This document shows, in pieces, positions 1 to 10,540 of a stretch of 64,000 bases of DNA. Source of the DNA: an uncultured Gardnerella sp. (GTDB lineage: Bacteria; Actinomycetota; Actinomycetes; Actinomycetales; Bifidobacteriaceae). The translations under genes and the position numbers were made by a program. How positions within the stretch are numbered: position 1 is the first letter of the stretch; every line of letters begins with the position of its first letter. Location of the stretch: NCBI GenBank assembly GCA_947088155.1, contig CAMUFL010000002.1:148275-212274 (forward strand), in the 5' to 3' direction. The notes beneath the pieces are model-generated. The model saw only the letters and a list, made by a program, of their open reading frames with translations, did not search any database and was not told the origin of the DNA.

Positions 1-60
1 AATGTAATCAATTTTTTACGTAAGCTTGTTTGCGTTTTTGCATGTAAGCGAGGTCATAGA

Positions 61-402
61 ATGGATCTCGGTTCAGGCACTGCGCTGGGCGTTATGTCTG
101 TAATCGCAGTCTGTTCAATGCTTGTTCTTTCTGCAATATTGGGAAATGTGTTGAGCGTTAAGCATCAGGCAAATGCTGTGGCCTCTGCAGCAGCTTTGTC
201 TGGTGCTGCGGCTTTGCAGCGCATGGAACCTAATGCATGTTATTATGCAGCTCGCACAGTTACATCAAGTGGAGTTACGTTGAAAGATTGTACTTCAACT
301 GCCGATGATGTAACTGTTCGAGTTGCTGCTAAATTAAATATTCCATTCGCTCCTAGTGTGGAAGTTGTGGCGCGCGCTGGGTTAGAAGATTGTAGTGATT
401 AA
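61..402 (+). CDS. Small membrane-anchored TadE-like (Flp pilus assembly / secretion-neighbourhood) protein
   Basis: 113-aa ORF with an N-terminal hydrophobic helix followed by an Ala-rich segment (GSGTALGVMSVIAVCSMLVLSAILGN...AVASAAALSGAAAL), typical of actinobacterial TadE-like pseudopilins. Assignment by motif resemblance only. Confidence 0.4.
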   Translation: MDLGSGTALGVMSVIAVCSMLVLSAILGNVLSVKHQANAVASAAALSGAAALQRMEPNACYYAARTVTSSGVTLKDCTSTADDVTVRVAAKLNIPFAPSVEVVARAGLEDCSD

Positions 403-494
403 GTAATAACAAACTTAGAATCACAGGTAGCGGATGCTGATAATCTTAAATAAGATATATCGGGGAAATAGTTATGTTGCGGTAGGTTAGAAAA

Positions 495-2873
495 ATGGCA
501 CTTGCACTGTATCGTAGGTATCGTCCGGACACGTTTGATGGTGTTATTGGGCAAGATCAGGTTACTGTACCTTTGTCTAAAGCGTTAGACCAGGGAAAAA
601 TTACGCATGCTTATTTATTCTCAGGTCCGCGTGGATGCGGTAAGACTAGTTCTGCGCGCATTTTGGCGCGTTGTATCAATTGTGAAAAGGGCCCTACATC
701 GCACCCGTGTGGAGAATGTCAAAGTTGTAAAGATTTAGCCACTGGCGGTCCTGGATCAATAGATGTCGTAGAGATTGATGCTGCGAGCCATAACGGAGTT
801 GATGATGCTCGCGAGCTTCGCGAACGTGCTGGATTTGCGCCCGCTCGCGATCGTTACAAAATATTTATTCTTGACGAAGCGCATATGGTAACGCCTCAAG
901 GTTTTAACGCATTGTTAAAAATTGTTGAGGAGCCGCCTGAGCATGTGATGTTTATTTTTGCCACCACTGAGCCAGATAAAGTGATTGGTACTATTCGTTC
1001 GAGAACTCATCATTACCCATTCCGTCTTGTGCCGCCGGAAGTAATGGGGCCGTATCTTGAGGATATTTGTAAGAAAGAGAATATTTCACCTGCTCCAGGT
1101 GTTTTGCGTCTTGCAATGCGTGCTGGTGCAGGTTCCATGCGAGATACGCTATCTGTGCTAGATCAGCTTATGGTTGGTGCTGTTAATGGTGCTATTTCGT
1201 TGGATTCAGCTGTTGCACTTTTGGGATTCACGCCTAGTGAGTTAATTGCTGAAGCTATTGACGCAATTATTGAGCATGATGGTGCTTCAGCGTATGACGT
1301 AGTTCGTCGAGTAGTTGTCGGTGGATACGACACTCGCAAATTTGTCGAAGATTTGTTGGGCCGAGTCCGCGATTTGTTGCTTATGGTATCCGCTGGTGCA
1401 AAAGCTGCTTCAGATTTACTAAATGATATTGCTCCAGACGATTTGGAAACTTTGAAGAGTCAATCTTCCAAAATTACGTTGCGTGATTTAGCTCGCATGG
1501 CCCAAACAATTAATGATGCCTTAACTGGAATGGCAAGCGCTGTTTCTCCTCGCATGAATTTGGAGATTTTAGTTGCTCGTTTGCTTGCGGATAGTGAAGC
1601 TTCGGAAGTTTCGGCAAATAATGCTATCGGCAGTAATGCAGTTAAAACTTCTGCGCAATCGCACTTTGTTGCTTCTAATCAAACAAACAAAACTAATAGT
1701 GCTTCGGCTTCAGTTGGGCATTTTATAGGTGCGCAAACTAGTAAAAAAGTTGATTCGGCAAATACTGCAAATACTGCAAATAGCGTGAATGCTGCAAATA
1801 CTGCAAATGCTCTAAACGCAATAAATGCAGACGCTGAAAATACAGTAAATACGGCTTCTGTGCCTGAATCTTCCGCATTAAATTCTAAAAGTAGTGATTC
1901 CAAAGACACAAACGAAATGTGGAATGATGTGGTCGCAAAATTGCCTGAAGATGTACGCGAATACGTAACTGATGAATGTGTGCCTCATGTGCAATTAACT
2001 CAACCGCAAGCAGGAAAGCAACGTTTGATTCTTACTTTTAGTGAGCCTATGGCTCAGCATGCTTTTGCGCTCGCGGTGTGTGCTACGTCGCCTTACGATG
2101 GACAAAAAGTGCCAAAAGTAGTTATGAGCGTAGTACATGACGTATTTGGTTCGCAAGTTATGATTGCGCCTTCTCCTGTTGCTGCAAACGGAGAGCGGGT
2201 GGAATCTGTTGCTCGAATGGATCCGAAGAATTTAGCCAAAGTTAAACGTGATATTTTATTGCGTAAAACTGGCATATCTGCTGGTTTTGGCACCAAAGCT
2301 GATTCTGACAGTGCTTCTAGTGAATCTAAAGAAGAAAAAGACTCATCGAGTTTTCATCACACTGACGGCTCCGCAGCGTCAGTAGTATCCAACAATACTG
2401 CGGATGATTCTTATTCTTTGCAGACTACTAATGACGATGCTTGGGCGGATATGTCATCCGTTCCTATTTCAGATGTTATGCCGGTTCACGATTCAGACTT
2501 GCCTGCATCTTCATCGATTCCTCCGGTAGCGTCTTCGCCCGCCTCTTCAACCGAGTCTGCAGCAGAATCTTCATTGCAAAATCCTGATTCTGCTTTCAAC
2601 GCGCAGCTACAAAAACAAAAATCTGCAGCGCAATCATCTCAAATTCAAGAAGATAGCAATAATCCTACTGTGCAAGTTCCAAATACTCCCACTAGTGGAG
2701 CTGATGCAGACGAATGCTCAATGGACGACGAATCTTTAGAAGCTGCAACGTCAATAAGTACAGACGAGCTTAAGCAGATGTTTGAGGTAAAAGCGGTTGA
2801 AGAATTTTCTGCTAGTGATTCTAAAAATCCAAAAAATGCAATCTCAAGCGCAAAGAAAAAGCAGGAGGAGTAG
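495..2873 (+). CDS. dnaX: DNA polymerase III subunits gamma/tau
   Basis: Walker A GPRGCGKTS, zinc-binding CxxC...CxxC module (CINCEKGPTSHPCGECQSCKD), DEAH-like box ILDEAH and sensor motifs SRT. The C-terminal half is a long low-complexity S/A/N/T-rich linker, as in actinobacterial tau. recR follows immediately, as is usual. Confidence 0.95.
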   Translation: MALALYRRYRPDTFDGVIGQDQVTVPLSKALDQGKITHAYLFSGPRGCGKTSSARILARCINCEKGPTSHPCGECQSCKDLATGGPGSIDVVEIDAASHNGVDDARELRERAGFAPARDRYKIFILDEAHMVTPQGFNALLKIVEEPPEHVMFIFATTEPDKVIGTIRSRTHHYPFRLVPPEVMGPYLEDICKKENISPAPGVLRLAMRAGAGSMRDTLSVLDQLMVGAVNGAISLDSAVALLGFTPSELIAEAIDAIIEHDGASAYDVVRRVVVGGYDTRKFVEDLLGRVRDLLLMVSAGAKAASDLLNDIAPDDLETLKSQSSKITLRDLARMAQTINDALTGMASAVSPRMNLEILVARLLADSEASEVSANNAIGSNAVKTSAQSHFVASNQTNKTNSASASVGHFIGAQTSKKVDSANTANTANSVNAANTANALNAINADAENTVNTASVPESSALNSKSSDSKDTNEMWNDVVAKLPEDVREYVTDECVPHVQLTQPQAGKQRLILTFSEPMAQHAFALAVCATSPYDGQKVPKVVMSVVHDVFGSQVMIAPSPVAANGERVESVARMDPKNLAKVKRDILLRKTGISAGFGTKADSDSASSESKEEKDSSSFHHTDGSAASVVSNNTADDSYSLQTTNDDAWADMSSVPISDVMPVHDSDLPASSSIPPVASSPASSTESAAESSLQNPDSAFNAQLQKQKSAAQSSQIQEDSNNPTVQVPNTPTSGADADECSMDDESLEAATSISTDELKQMFEVKAVEEFSASDSKNPKNAISSAKKKQEE

Positions 2874-2879
2874 TAAACA

Positions 2880-3488
2880 GTGCATAATGCATCGTCTTAT
2901 GATGGAGCTATTGGTCGCCTAATTGACGCATTTTCTAAACTCCCAGGCATTGGGCCGAAAGGTGCTCAGCGCATTGCTTTCTACATGCTTTCTGCTCCTG
3001 ATTCAGAAGCTCAGGCGTTAATTGATGCCATAAACGATATGAAAGAAAGTGTGCGATTTTGCGATATTTGCGGCAATGTGTGTGAGCAAACGCCATGCGT
3101 AGTGTGTGCTGATCCGCGCCGAGATCATAGCAAAATTTGCGTTGTTGAAGAGCCTAAAGACATTATGAGCATTGAAAGGACGCATGAATATTCCGGTGTT
3201 TACCACGTTCTTGGTGGTGCTATAAATCCAATGGCAAATGTTGGTCCTGGAGATTTAGCGATTACACAATTGCTTGAGAGGCTTAAAAATCCGCAAGTAA
3301 AAGAGGTTATTCTTGCGCTTGATCCGAATATTGAAGGTGAAGCAACAGTTACATATTTGGCTCGTTTGCTTGATCCTCTTGGGATTAAAATTACTCGTTT
3401 GGCAAGTGGTTTACCTGTTGGCGGCGACTTGGAATACGCGGATGAAATAACGCTTGGTCGCGCGTTTACTGGAAGGCAAACATTGTAA
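2880..3488 (+). CDS. recR: Recombination protein RecR (GTG start)
   Basis: HhH motif [15 protein letters not shown]4 zinc finger [16 protein letters not shown] and a Toprim domain ([19 protein letters not shown]). 202 aa. Confidence 0.95.
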   Translation: MHNASSYDGAIGRLIDAFSKLPGIGPKGAQRIAFYMLSAPDSEAQALIDAINDMKESVRFCDICGNVCEQTPCVVCADPRRDHSKICVVEEPKDIMSIERTHEYSGVYHVLGGAINPMANVGPGDLAITQLLERLKNPQVKEVILALDPNIEGEATVTYLARLLDPLGIKITRLASGLPVGGDLEYADEITLGRAFTGRQTL

Positions 3489-3516
3489 CTAACTGTTGAG
3501 CGTATAAAAAGTTTTA

Positions 3517-3600
3517 GTAACAGTAAGAAGTAACAGTAAGAAGTAACAGTAAGAAGTAACAGTAAGAAGTAACAGTAAGCAGTAATAGTAAGCAGTAAAT
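3517..3600. repeat. Tandem repeat, 13-bp unit GTAACAGTAAGAA in about 6.5 copies, with the last copies degenerate
   Basis: Read directly: agtaacagtaagaagtaacagtaagaagtaacagtaagaagtaacagtaagaagtaacagtaagcagtaatagtaagcagtaaataaatag, in the recR-ask intergenic region. Confidence 0.85.
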
Positions 3601-3690
3601 AAATAGAGCACAGTTGGTACGCTAATAGCAAACCAAGTATTTGGTACATCCTATGCGTTTATCTGTATCGACATGAGCAAGGGGTAAAAA

Positions 3691-4455
3691 GTGGCGCTTA
3701 TCGTACAGAAATACGGTGGCTCTTCTGTAGCTGATACCGATGCTATACAACGTGTTGCTAAGCGTATTCTTGCTACAAAAGCAGCCGGTAACGATGTTGC
3801 AGTAGTTGTTTCCGCAATGGGAGACACTACCGACGATTTAATTGACCAAGCAATGAGCGTAAATGCGCATCCTCCTGCTCGTGAAATGGACATGCTTATG
3901 ACCGCAGGCGAGCGAATTTCAATGAGCTTGCTCGCAATGGCCATTCACGCACAAGGTTCGCACGCCTACTCTTTTACGGGTTCTCAAGCTGGTTTTATGA
4001 CAGATACGCAATTTGGTGCGGCGCATATTCGCGCAGTAAAGCCGGATCGCGTTCGTCATGCTCTTGATAAAGGCAGTGTCGCAATTGTTGCAGGATTCCA
4101 AGGTATTAGCGAAATCGGTGATGACACAACTCTTGGTAGAGGTGGTTCGGATACTTCCGCTGTTGCGCTCGCAGTTGCCTTGGGTGCAGATGTCTGTGAA
4201 ATTTACACGGATGTTGATGGTGTGTTTACTGCGGATCCGCGAATTGTGCCAACAGCTAAAAGAATTCCAGTTATTGATTACGATTCTATGTTGGAAATGT
4301 CGTCTTGCGGTTCGCGTGTGCTTGCGTTGCGCTGCGTGGAATACGCTCAACGATTTAGTATGCCACTTCATGTGCGTAGCTCCTTCTCACATAGGAACGG
4401 TACGCTTATCGTTCCTCGCAATGTAAATCCGCATAATTTACCAAATTTGAGCTAA
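3691..4455 (+). CDS. ask: Aspartokinase, catalytic (amino-acid kinase) domain only
   Basis: KYGGSSV...[13 protein letters not shown]...[16 protein letters not shown]...VRSSFS matches the aspartokinase kinase domain. The ORF ends at a TAA in the linker, where canonical LysC continues into ACT domains. Confidence 0.85.
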   Translation: MALIVQKYGGSSVADTDAIQRVAKRILATKAAGNDVAVVVSAMGDTTDDLIDQAMSVNAHPPAREMDMLMTAGERISMSLLAMAIHAQGSHAYSFTGSQAGFMTDTQFGAAHIRAVKPDRVRHALDKGSVAIVAGFQGISEIGDDTTLGRGGSDTSAVALAVALGADVCEIYTDVDGVFTADPRIVPTAKRIPVIDYDSMLEMSSCGSRVLALRCVEYAQRFSMPLHVRSSFSHRNGTLIVPRNVNPHNLPNLS

Positions 4456-4542
4456 TTCTAAGTGTTAATAAATAAGAAAATAATTAACCAGCAAGTGAAT
4501 AAGTAAATAATAGTCAGCAAGTAGAGATTAAGGGCGGTAATA

Positions 4543-5112
4543 ATGGTAAATCAGGATATTCGTTCTACCATGGGTGATTTATTCCCAGATTTAGGTGTTG
4601 AAACGCCTATTATTTCAGGTGTTGCGCATGATCGTAGTGAGTCTATGATTACAGTTCGTGGAATTCCTGACGTTCCTGGAATGGCTGCGAAAGTATTTAC
4701 TACTCTCGCAAAAGCTAATGCAAATATAGACATGATTGCTCAAGCAAGTGCTTCTACGGGTACTGCGGATATTTCTATTTCTGCTCCTAGCTCGTCGACT
4801 GAGGCTGTTCGTAGCGTTCTCGAAGCGGTTCGCGATGAGTTGAAATTTACTTCTATGGATGTTGATCCTACTGTAGGTAAAGTTGCGGTAGTCGGCGTTG
4901 GTATGAAAACACATTCCGGTTTGGCTGCTACGTTCTTCACAGCATTAAGTGAGCATGGTATCAATACTCTGATGATTTCCACCTCGGAAATTCGTATTGC
5001 CGCCTTGGTTCCTGTTAATCAGCTAGATGAGGCTGTGCGCGCTTTGCATACAGCTTACGGTTTGGATGCAAATCAGATTGAAGCCGTTGTGTACGGCGGC
5101 AGCGGGCGTTAA
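4543..5112 (+). CDS. ask: Aspartokinase regulatory subunit (tandem ACT domains; beta-subunit equivalent)
   Basis: Aligns by eye to the C. glutamicum LysC-beta region (ISGVAHD..ITVRGIPDVPGMAAKVFTTLA..NIDMI ... VGKVAVVGVGMKTHSGLAATFFTALSEHGINTLMISTSEIRIAALV ... AVVYGGSGR). It has its own RBS (aagggcgg-N6-ATG). Confidence 0.85.
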   Translation: MVNQDIRSTMGDLFPDLGVETPIISGVAHDRSESMITVRGIPDVPGMAAKVFTTLAKANANIDMIAQASASTGTADISISAPSSSTEAVRSVLEAVRDELKFTSMDVDPTVGKVAVVGVGMKTHSGLAATFFTALSEHGINTLMISTSEIRIAALVPVNQLDEAVRALHTAYGLDANQIEAVVYGGSGR

Positions 5113-5157
5113 AACTATTGAAATTATTTGCGTGTGCATTGTTAAGGGAGAAATAAG

Positions 5158-6222
5158 ATGACGATTATCAATGAAACAGGCGTGAACGTGGCAGTTTTGG
5201 GTGCCACTGGTCAGGTTGGTATGGTTATGCGCCGTGTGCTTTGCGAGCGCGACTTTCCAATTCGTGATTTGCGATTTATGGCATCTGCTCATTCTGCAGG
5301 AACAGTTTTGCAGTATCGTGGTAAAGATGTTGTTGTAGAGGATGTTGAAAAAGCAGATTTGCACGGAATTGATATTGCTATTTTCTCTGCAGGCGGTGGC
5401 ACTTCAAAAATTTGGGCACCAAAATTTGCTGAAGCAGGCGCAATTGTAGTCGACAATTCTTCTCAATGGCGTATGCACGACGATGTGCCTCTGGTTGTTG
5501 CGGAAGTAAATCCTGAAGATTTGGACATAATTCCTCGCGGAATCGTAGCAAATCCTAATTGCACAACAATGGCTTGCATGCCAGTATTGAAGCCGCTTGC
5601 TGACGCTTTTGGCTTAAAGCGATTAATAGTATCCTCTTATCAGGCTGTTTCGGGAGCTGGTCGTGCTGGGGCTTTGCAACTTATGAACGAAGCTCAAGCT
5701 GCGCTCGACCAAGGAGCTGACAAATTAGTTTTCGATGGCAGTGCAATTGATTTCCCTGAACCTACTAAGGTTGTTCGCACTATCGCATTTAATGCTGTGC
5801 CATTTATTGGCGCGATTGTTGACGATGGTTCTGAAGAAACTGACGAAGAGCAAAAGTTGCGTAATGAAAGTCGTAAGATTTTGCACTTACCAAATCTTGC
5901 AGCATCTTGCACTTGCGTGCGCGTAGGCGTTTTTACAGGTCATGGCATGAGCGTTAATGCTGAATTTGAGCATGACGTAACCCCAGATATGGCTCGTGAA
6001 GTGTTGCGCAGTGCGGCTGGAGTTGAGCTTAATGAGATTCCTACTCCTCAGCTTGCTGCAGGAAAATCTGCGAGCTATGTTGGCCGTATTCGTCAAGATC
6101 AGGCTGTAGAAGGCAAGCGCGGATTGGCATTGTTTATTACTAACGACAACTTGCGTAAGGGCGCTGCACTAAACGCTGTTCAGTTGGCGGAAATTATTGC
6201 TAAAAAGCGCAATTTTGCTTAA
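5158..6222 (+). CDS. asd: Aspartate-semialdehyde dehydrogenase
   Basis: NAD(P)-binding N-terminus VAVLGATGQVG, active-site Cys in NPNCTTMA and a C-terminal dimerisation domain. Conserved ask-asd linkage. Confidence 0.95.
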   Translation: MTIINETGVNVAVLGATGQVGMVMRRVLCERDFPIRDLRFMASAHSAGTVLQYRGKDVVVEDVEKADLHGIDIAIFSAGGGTSKIWAPKFAEAGAIVVDNSSQWRMHDDVPLVVAEVNPEDLDIIPRGIVANPNCTTMACMPVLKPLADAFGLKRLIVSSYQAVSGAGRAGALQLMNEAQAALDQGADKLVFDGSAIDFPEPTKVVRTIAFNAVPFIGAIVDDGSEETDEEQKLRNESRKILHLPNLAASCTCVRVGVFTGHGMSVNAEFEHDVTPDMAREVLRSAAGVELNEIPTPQLAAGKSASYVGRIRQDQAVEGKRGLALFITNDNLRKGAALNAVQLAEIIAKKRNFA

Positions 6223-6276
6223 TAATATAAAAATTACTTGCTCGCGATTATAAAAATCTTTGCGTAAACTGGAAGT

Positions 6277-6894
6277 ATGTCAATAGCATCGGAAGAAATA
6301 CGGCAACAACTCGACCGCATTGTGGCACTTGGTTACCCGGATGTGGCGGATATGAGCGCTGATGCTTTCCGCGCGCTGGCTTGTCCGTTGCTAGACGCGC
6401 TTGAGAACAGCGATTTGGGTGCGGATATTTTGTTAGTTCCTACCCGCGAGCTTGTTTCGCCGGAATCATTGATTTCGCGAACAAGCATTAATCGTATGGC
6501 TGGTTTTACTACCATGCCTCCGCGCGATATCGTAAGTTTTCTCCCGCAAAATGGTTTAGAGCAGCCTGAAGGGCCGTTCTACCTGGTTGTTAATCCACAT
6601 ACTGGTGGTTCGTATTTGAACCGTGAGCCTGATGTTGCTCGTAAGCTTATTGACTCCGATGAGCGATTGCCTCTTACTTTGGAAGAAGGGCTTGCGCTGG
6701 TTACGCAGCACACAGATTGGCTGGAAAGTAAGAATGGTTTTAATCTTCTTGGCTCTCAAAGCGCTGATGGTAGAGTTCCGAGCATTTGGATGAGCCAAGG
6801 GGCTCCTCGTCTAGGTGCGGTATGGCCAAATTCTAGGCATACTTGGCTTGGCAATGCATATTGTATGGATCGTCTTGGAGTGCTGCGTATTTAA
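6277..6894 (+). CDS. Conserved hypothetical protein (205 aa, no recognisable motif)
   Basis: Clean ORF with coding-like composition that follows asd. No family recognised. Confidence 0.5.
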   Translation: MSIASEEIRQQLDRIVALGYPDVADMSADAFRALACPLLDALENSDLGADILLVPTRELVSPESLISRTSINRMAGFTTMPPRDIVSFLPQNGLEQPEGPFYLVVNPHTGGSYLNREPDVARKLIDSDERLPLTLEEGLALVTQHTDWLESKNGFNLLGSQSADGRVPSIWMSQGAPRLGAVWPNSRHTWLGNAYCMDRLGVLRI

Positions 6895-7033
6895 GTCGAA
6901 ATTCATAAAATCTTCACAACTATTACGTAAAATAATTAAATAAAATAATTACGTAAAATAGTTATAAAAATAAAATAATTGACGGCAAAAGTTGAAAGCA
7001 AATATCAACGTACAGTACTAATAAAGGTGCATT

Positions 7034-7735
7034 GTGGCATACATAACATTTGATCATGTTGTAAAGGAATATCCGTCTGGTTCTTCAGTTGTTAGAGCTT
7101 TGGACGATGCTAGTTTTACGGCTGAACGTGGCCAACTTACAGTAATTTTAGGCGCTTCCGGAGCTGGAAAAACCACGGCATTAAATATTTTAGGTGGAAT
7201 GGATACAGCTACCAGCGGGCGAGTTATAGTTGGCGATTGCGATGTCACTAAGCTCAAAGGCAGAGGTTTAGTGCGCTACCGTCGCGAAGATATTGGCTTT
7301 GTTTTTCAGTTTTACAATCTTGTGCCAAATTTGACTGCTCTTGAAAACGTTGAGTTGGCTTCACAGATTTGTCCAGATCATTTTGATCCTGCAAAAACTC
7401 TTAACGACGTTGGCTTAGGCAATCGCCTTAAAAATTTCCCAGCGCAACTTTCCGGCGGCGAGCAACAACGAGTATCTATTGCTCGTGCGCTCGCCAAAAA
7501 ACCGAAGCTTCTTCTATGCGACGAGCCTACCGGAGCTTTGGACTACGAAACTGGCAAGTCTGTATTGCAATTATTACAAGATATTTGTAAAACTGAAGGA
7601 ATAACGGTGCTTATTATTACGCACAATGCTGCAATCGCACCTATGGCGCATAAAGTTGTGCGCTTCCGCTCGGGGAAAGTAGTAAGCGAGACTATACAAG
7701 AGAATCCTATGGCCATTGCTGATATTGAGTGGTGA
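7034..7735 (+). CDS. ABC transporter ATP-binding protein (MacB/LolD-like), GTG start
   Basis: Walker [11 protein letters not shown]-loop, signature [14 protein letters not shown], Walker [13 protein letters not shown] and H-loop ITHN. Confidence 0.9.
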   Translation: MAYITFDHVVKEYPSGSSVVRALDDASFTAERGQLTVILGASGAGKTTALNILGGMDTATSGRVIVGDCDVTKLKGRGLVRYRREDIGFVFQFYNLVPNLTALENVELASQICPDHFDPAKTLNDVGLGNRLKNFPAQLSGGEQQRVSIARALAKKPKLLLCDEPTGALDYETGKSVLQLLQDICKTEGITVLIITHNAAIAPMAHKVVRFRSGKVVSETIQENPMAIADIEW

Positions 7736-10428
7736 TTCAAGTGAGTGCATTATTTATTAGCGCAGTTAGAATGTGGATACGCGAATGGCGCCGTTTCTGC
7801 GTTCTGGCAGTTATTGCAATGCTCGGCGTGGCTGTTATGACTGGAATTTACGCTGGCTGCAATGACATGTTTCTTGGTGCGAACAGTATGTATTCAAAAT
7901 TGCAGTCTTATGATTTGCAAATCGTGTCTACTTTAGGTTTAACTAAAGATGACGTTTCTGCGCTTCGCAAATTACATAGCGTAAGTGAAGTTGAAGCGGA
8001 ACGTTCGTGGAAAGCTACAGCTCATCCGTCAGATGATGCCAGTTCTTCATATGCAATGAATCTTGTGCACTATGTTGACTCGCAGAAAAAACTGAATCGT
8101 TTACATCTACTGCGCGGAACTATGCCTTCAAATAATCGGGAAGCTGTTGTAACTCAACGATTTTTGCATAATAGCGGACTAAATATTGGAAGCACCGTTG
8201 TTGTAAATTTGCAGAAAGAAAATGCACTAAATAACAAATCTTCAAATAACGAAAATCAGAAAACTGCGTCTTACCGTTTTCTAATTACTGGCAGCGTGCT
8301 CGATAGTAGCGATTTAAACAATCCTGACGGATACCAGTCTAAAGCTTTTCGTAATTCTGTAACATCTCGCTACCCAATATTCACTTCTTTTATGCCTGAT
8401 GATGCAAGCAATTCGCCATACTCTGCAATATCTGTGCGATTACTCGAAGCTGAAAAAGTTAGTGTTTTCTCCAAATCGTATCGCGCTATTGTTGACAATG
8501 CTTCCGAGCAGATTCGCGCTCGCGTGCAGGCTAGTCGCGAAAAAGCACGGCATAAGCAGGTTGTTGGAGAGCAAGTTGATGGAAAAGTAAACAGCATTAT
8601 TTCAGCTGACGCTAATCTTCAGCGCGCGCCAGATTCTGTGAAAGAACAGGCAAAACAGCAAATTAGTAAGCAGCTTAAACCGGAAATTCAGAAGAGAATT
8701 CCTCAAGCTCAATGGCATATTGCAACTCGTATTTCCAACGACAGTTACGCTAGTCTGCGTTCTGACGTTGCTTCAATTCAGTCGCTTGGTTATGCTTTTC
8801 CGGCAGTGTTTCTTGCTGTTGCCATGATGATGAGCTTAACTGCTATGGCTCGCATGGTTGAGGAAGAGCGTGGTCTTATTGGCACCTACTTAAGCCTAGG
8901 TTACGGCCGTTCTGCTGCAGTAACAAGACACGCTTTCTTTGCTATTTGTGCTTGCTTTATTGGTGGAGGAATTGGAGATATTGTTGGATTCCTTGCAATC
9001 CCGTCGCTTCTGTTGAAGATTTTACGTGGGCTTTACGCTGTTCCAGATGTTCAGTTATGTTACGACTGGTTATACGGTTCTTTGTGCGTTCTTGCATTTG
9101 TGATTCCAGTTGCAATATGCACAATAGTTGTGAGTTGGCGTGAAACAAGGCAAGTTCCTGCAGCTTTGCTACGTCCAAAAGCTCCTAAAGCTGGCACTCG
9201 CGTTCTGCTTGAGAGGTTACCTTGGATTTGGAATCGTATGAGTTTCCTCAATAAAGTAACTATTCGCAATTTGGCGCGTTTTAAGGGCCGTCTATGCATG
9301 ACTATTGGCGGTGTTGCTGGATGCACTGCACTTATTGTGTGCGGACTTGCGTTAAACGATACTGTTGCAACTTTAGGCACTCGGCAATATGAAGGAATTT
9401 ATCGTTACGATATGATTGCTATTTCTACGCCAAATTCTTTCAACAATATGAAGCAGAGCGTGGAGAAAGATAAGTCGAATAATTTAGTCAAAACTATGCT
9501 TCCTGCTTACGTAAGTTCAGGCGAGATTGCGAAGTATCATAATGCACTAAATAACGGCAAAGCTAAGCACAATAATGTAGAAGATGCTGAAAGCGTGCAA
9601 ATGATTGTAGTAAAAGATGTTGCTACTTTATCCCACCTTGTGCGTTTGCAAAATATTGATAATAATTTGAAAACTATCAAGCTCACGGACGATGGTCCGC
9701 TTCTTTCTCAAAGTGCTGCAGCTTCTTTGGATATTAACCGTGGCGACGCAATTACTGTAACCAATACGAGCTTTAAGCGAGCAACAGTAAAAGTTCATGC
9801 AATTGTTCGAAATCTCATAGGTTCTAACATGTACATGACTCAGCGCTGCTACGATCGCTTGTTTAATGCTAAAAGCAGCAAGTCGTTAAAGCACAACGCA
9901 CTAATTTTGCGACTACGCGGCAGTGATGATAAGAAAATAAAATATGCGGATAATATTTCTGAGCGCGATGGTGTGCTTGCGGTTATGAATATTACTCGTA
10001 TGAAGCATGCTTTTAGTTTTGACCTTATGAATGCTGTAGTTGCGCTTATTGTAACGTTGGCTGCAGGATTGGCTTTGGCGGTGCTGTTTACTTTGGCTAG
10101 TACAAATATTTCGGAGCGCTCGCGTGAAATGGCCACTCTTAAGGTGCTTGGTTTTTACAAGCGCGAAATCCACTCTTATATTCATAAAGAAATGCTTACT
10201 CTTACAATAATTGGCATTGTGGTTGGTTTGCCGCTTGGAAGGCTGATTGCAGGATTGCTAACTAACGCTTTGCGTATGCCGTCTTTGTATTTTGAGGTAG
10301 AAGTTGCTCCGCTAAGTTATTGTATTGCAGGATTTGCAACGCTGATTTTTGCGCTGATTGTGCAATGGGCCACTAATCCTGCGCTAGACAGAATTGATCC
10401 GGTAAGTTCACTGAAAAGCGTGGAATAG
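7729..10428 (+). CDS. ABC transporter permease with two FtsX-like domains (MacB-type efflux permease, 899 aa)
   Basis: An N-terminal TM is followed by a large extracytoplasmic domain. There are two copies of the FtsX 3-4 TM module, each preceded by a large loop. It overlaps the upstream ATPase gene by 7 bp. Confidence 0.8.
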   Translation: MVIQVSALFISAVRMWIREWRRFCVLAVIAMLGVAVMTGIYAGCNDMFLGANSMYSKLQSYDLQIVSTLGLTKDDVSALRKLHSVSEVEAERSWKATAHPSDDASSSYAMNLVHYVDSQKKLNRLHLLRGTMPSNNREAVVTQRFLHNSGLNIGSTVVVNLQKENALNNKSSNNENQKTASYRFLITGSVLDSSDLNNPDGYQSKAFRNSVTSRYPIFTSFMPDDASNSPYSAISVRLLEAEKVSVFSKSYRAIVDNASEQIRARVQASREKARHKQVVGEQVDGKVNSIISADANLQRAPDSVKEQAKQQISKQLKPEIQKRIPQAQWHIATRISNDSYASLRSDVASIQSLGYAFPAVFLAVAMMMSLTAMARMVEEERGLIGTYLSLGYGRSAAVTRHAFFAICACFIGGGIGDIVGFLAIPSLLLKILRGLYAVPDVQLCYDWLYGSLCVLAFVIPVAICTIVVSWRETRQVPAALLRPKAPKAGTRVLLERLPWIWNRMSFLNKVTIRNLARFKGRLCMTIGGVAGCTALIVCGLALNDTVATLGTRQYEGIYRYDMIAISTPNSFNNMKQSVEKDKSNNLVKTMLPAYVSSGEIAKYHNALNNGKAKHNNVEDAESVQMIVVKDVATLSHLVRLQNIDNNLKTIKLTDDGPLLSQSAAASLDINRGDAITVTNTSFKRATVKVHAIVRNLIGSNMYMTQRCYDRLFNAKSSKSLKHNALILRLRGSDDKKIKYADNISERDGVLAVMNITRMKHAFSFDLMNAVVALIVTLAAGLALAVLFTLASTNISERSREMATLKVLGFYKREIHSYIHKEMLTLTIIGIVVGLPLGRLIAGLLTNALRMPSLYFEVEVAPLSYCIAGFATLIFALIVQWATNPALDRIDPVSSLKSVE

Positions 10429-10540
10429 TTGCTGTAGTAAAAGCGTGGAATAGTGCTGGAAAATGTAGGTCGAATTATTAATAGTTACGGGTTCCGATAA
10501 AATTATGAGTTCGTAACTACTAAGAAACGGAGTTTTAATA

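Noticed and set aside
403..494. Looked for an SRP RNA (ffs) gene, which often lies immediately upstream of dnaX
   Set aside because: The conserved domain-IV core (AGGUCCGGAAGGAAGCAGC-like) is absent from positions 1..494. The region upstream of dnaX is instead occupied by a small coding ORF.
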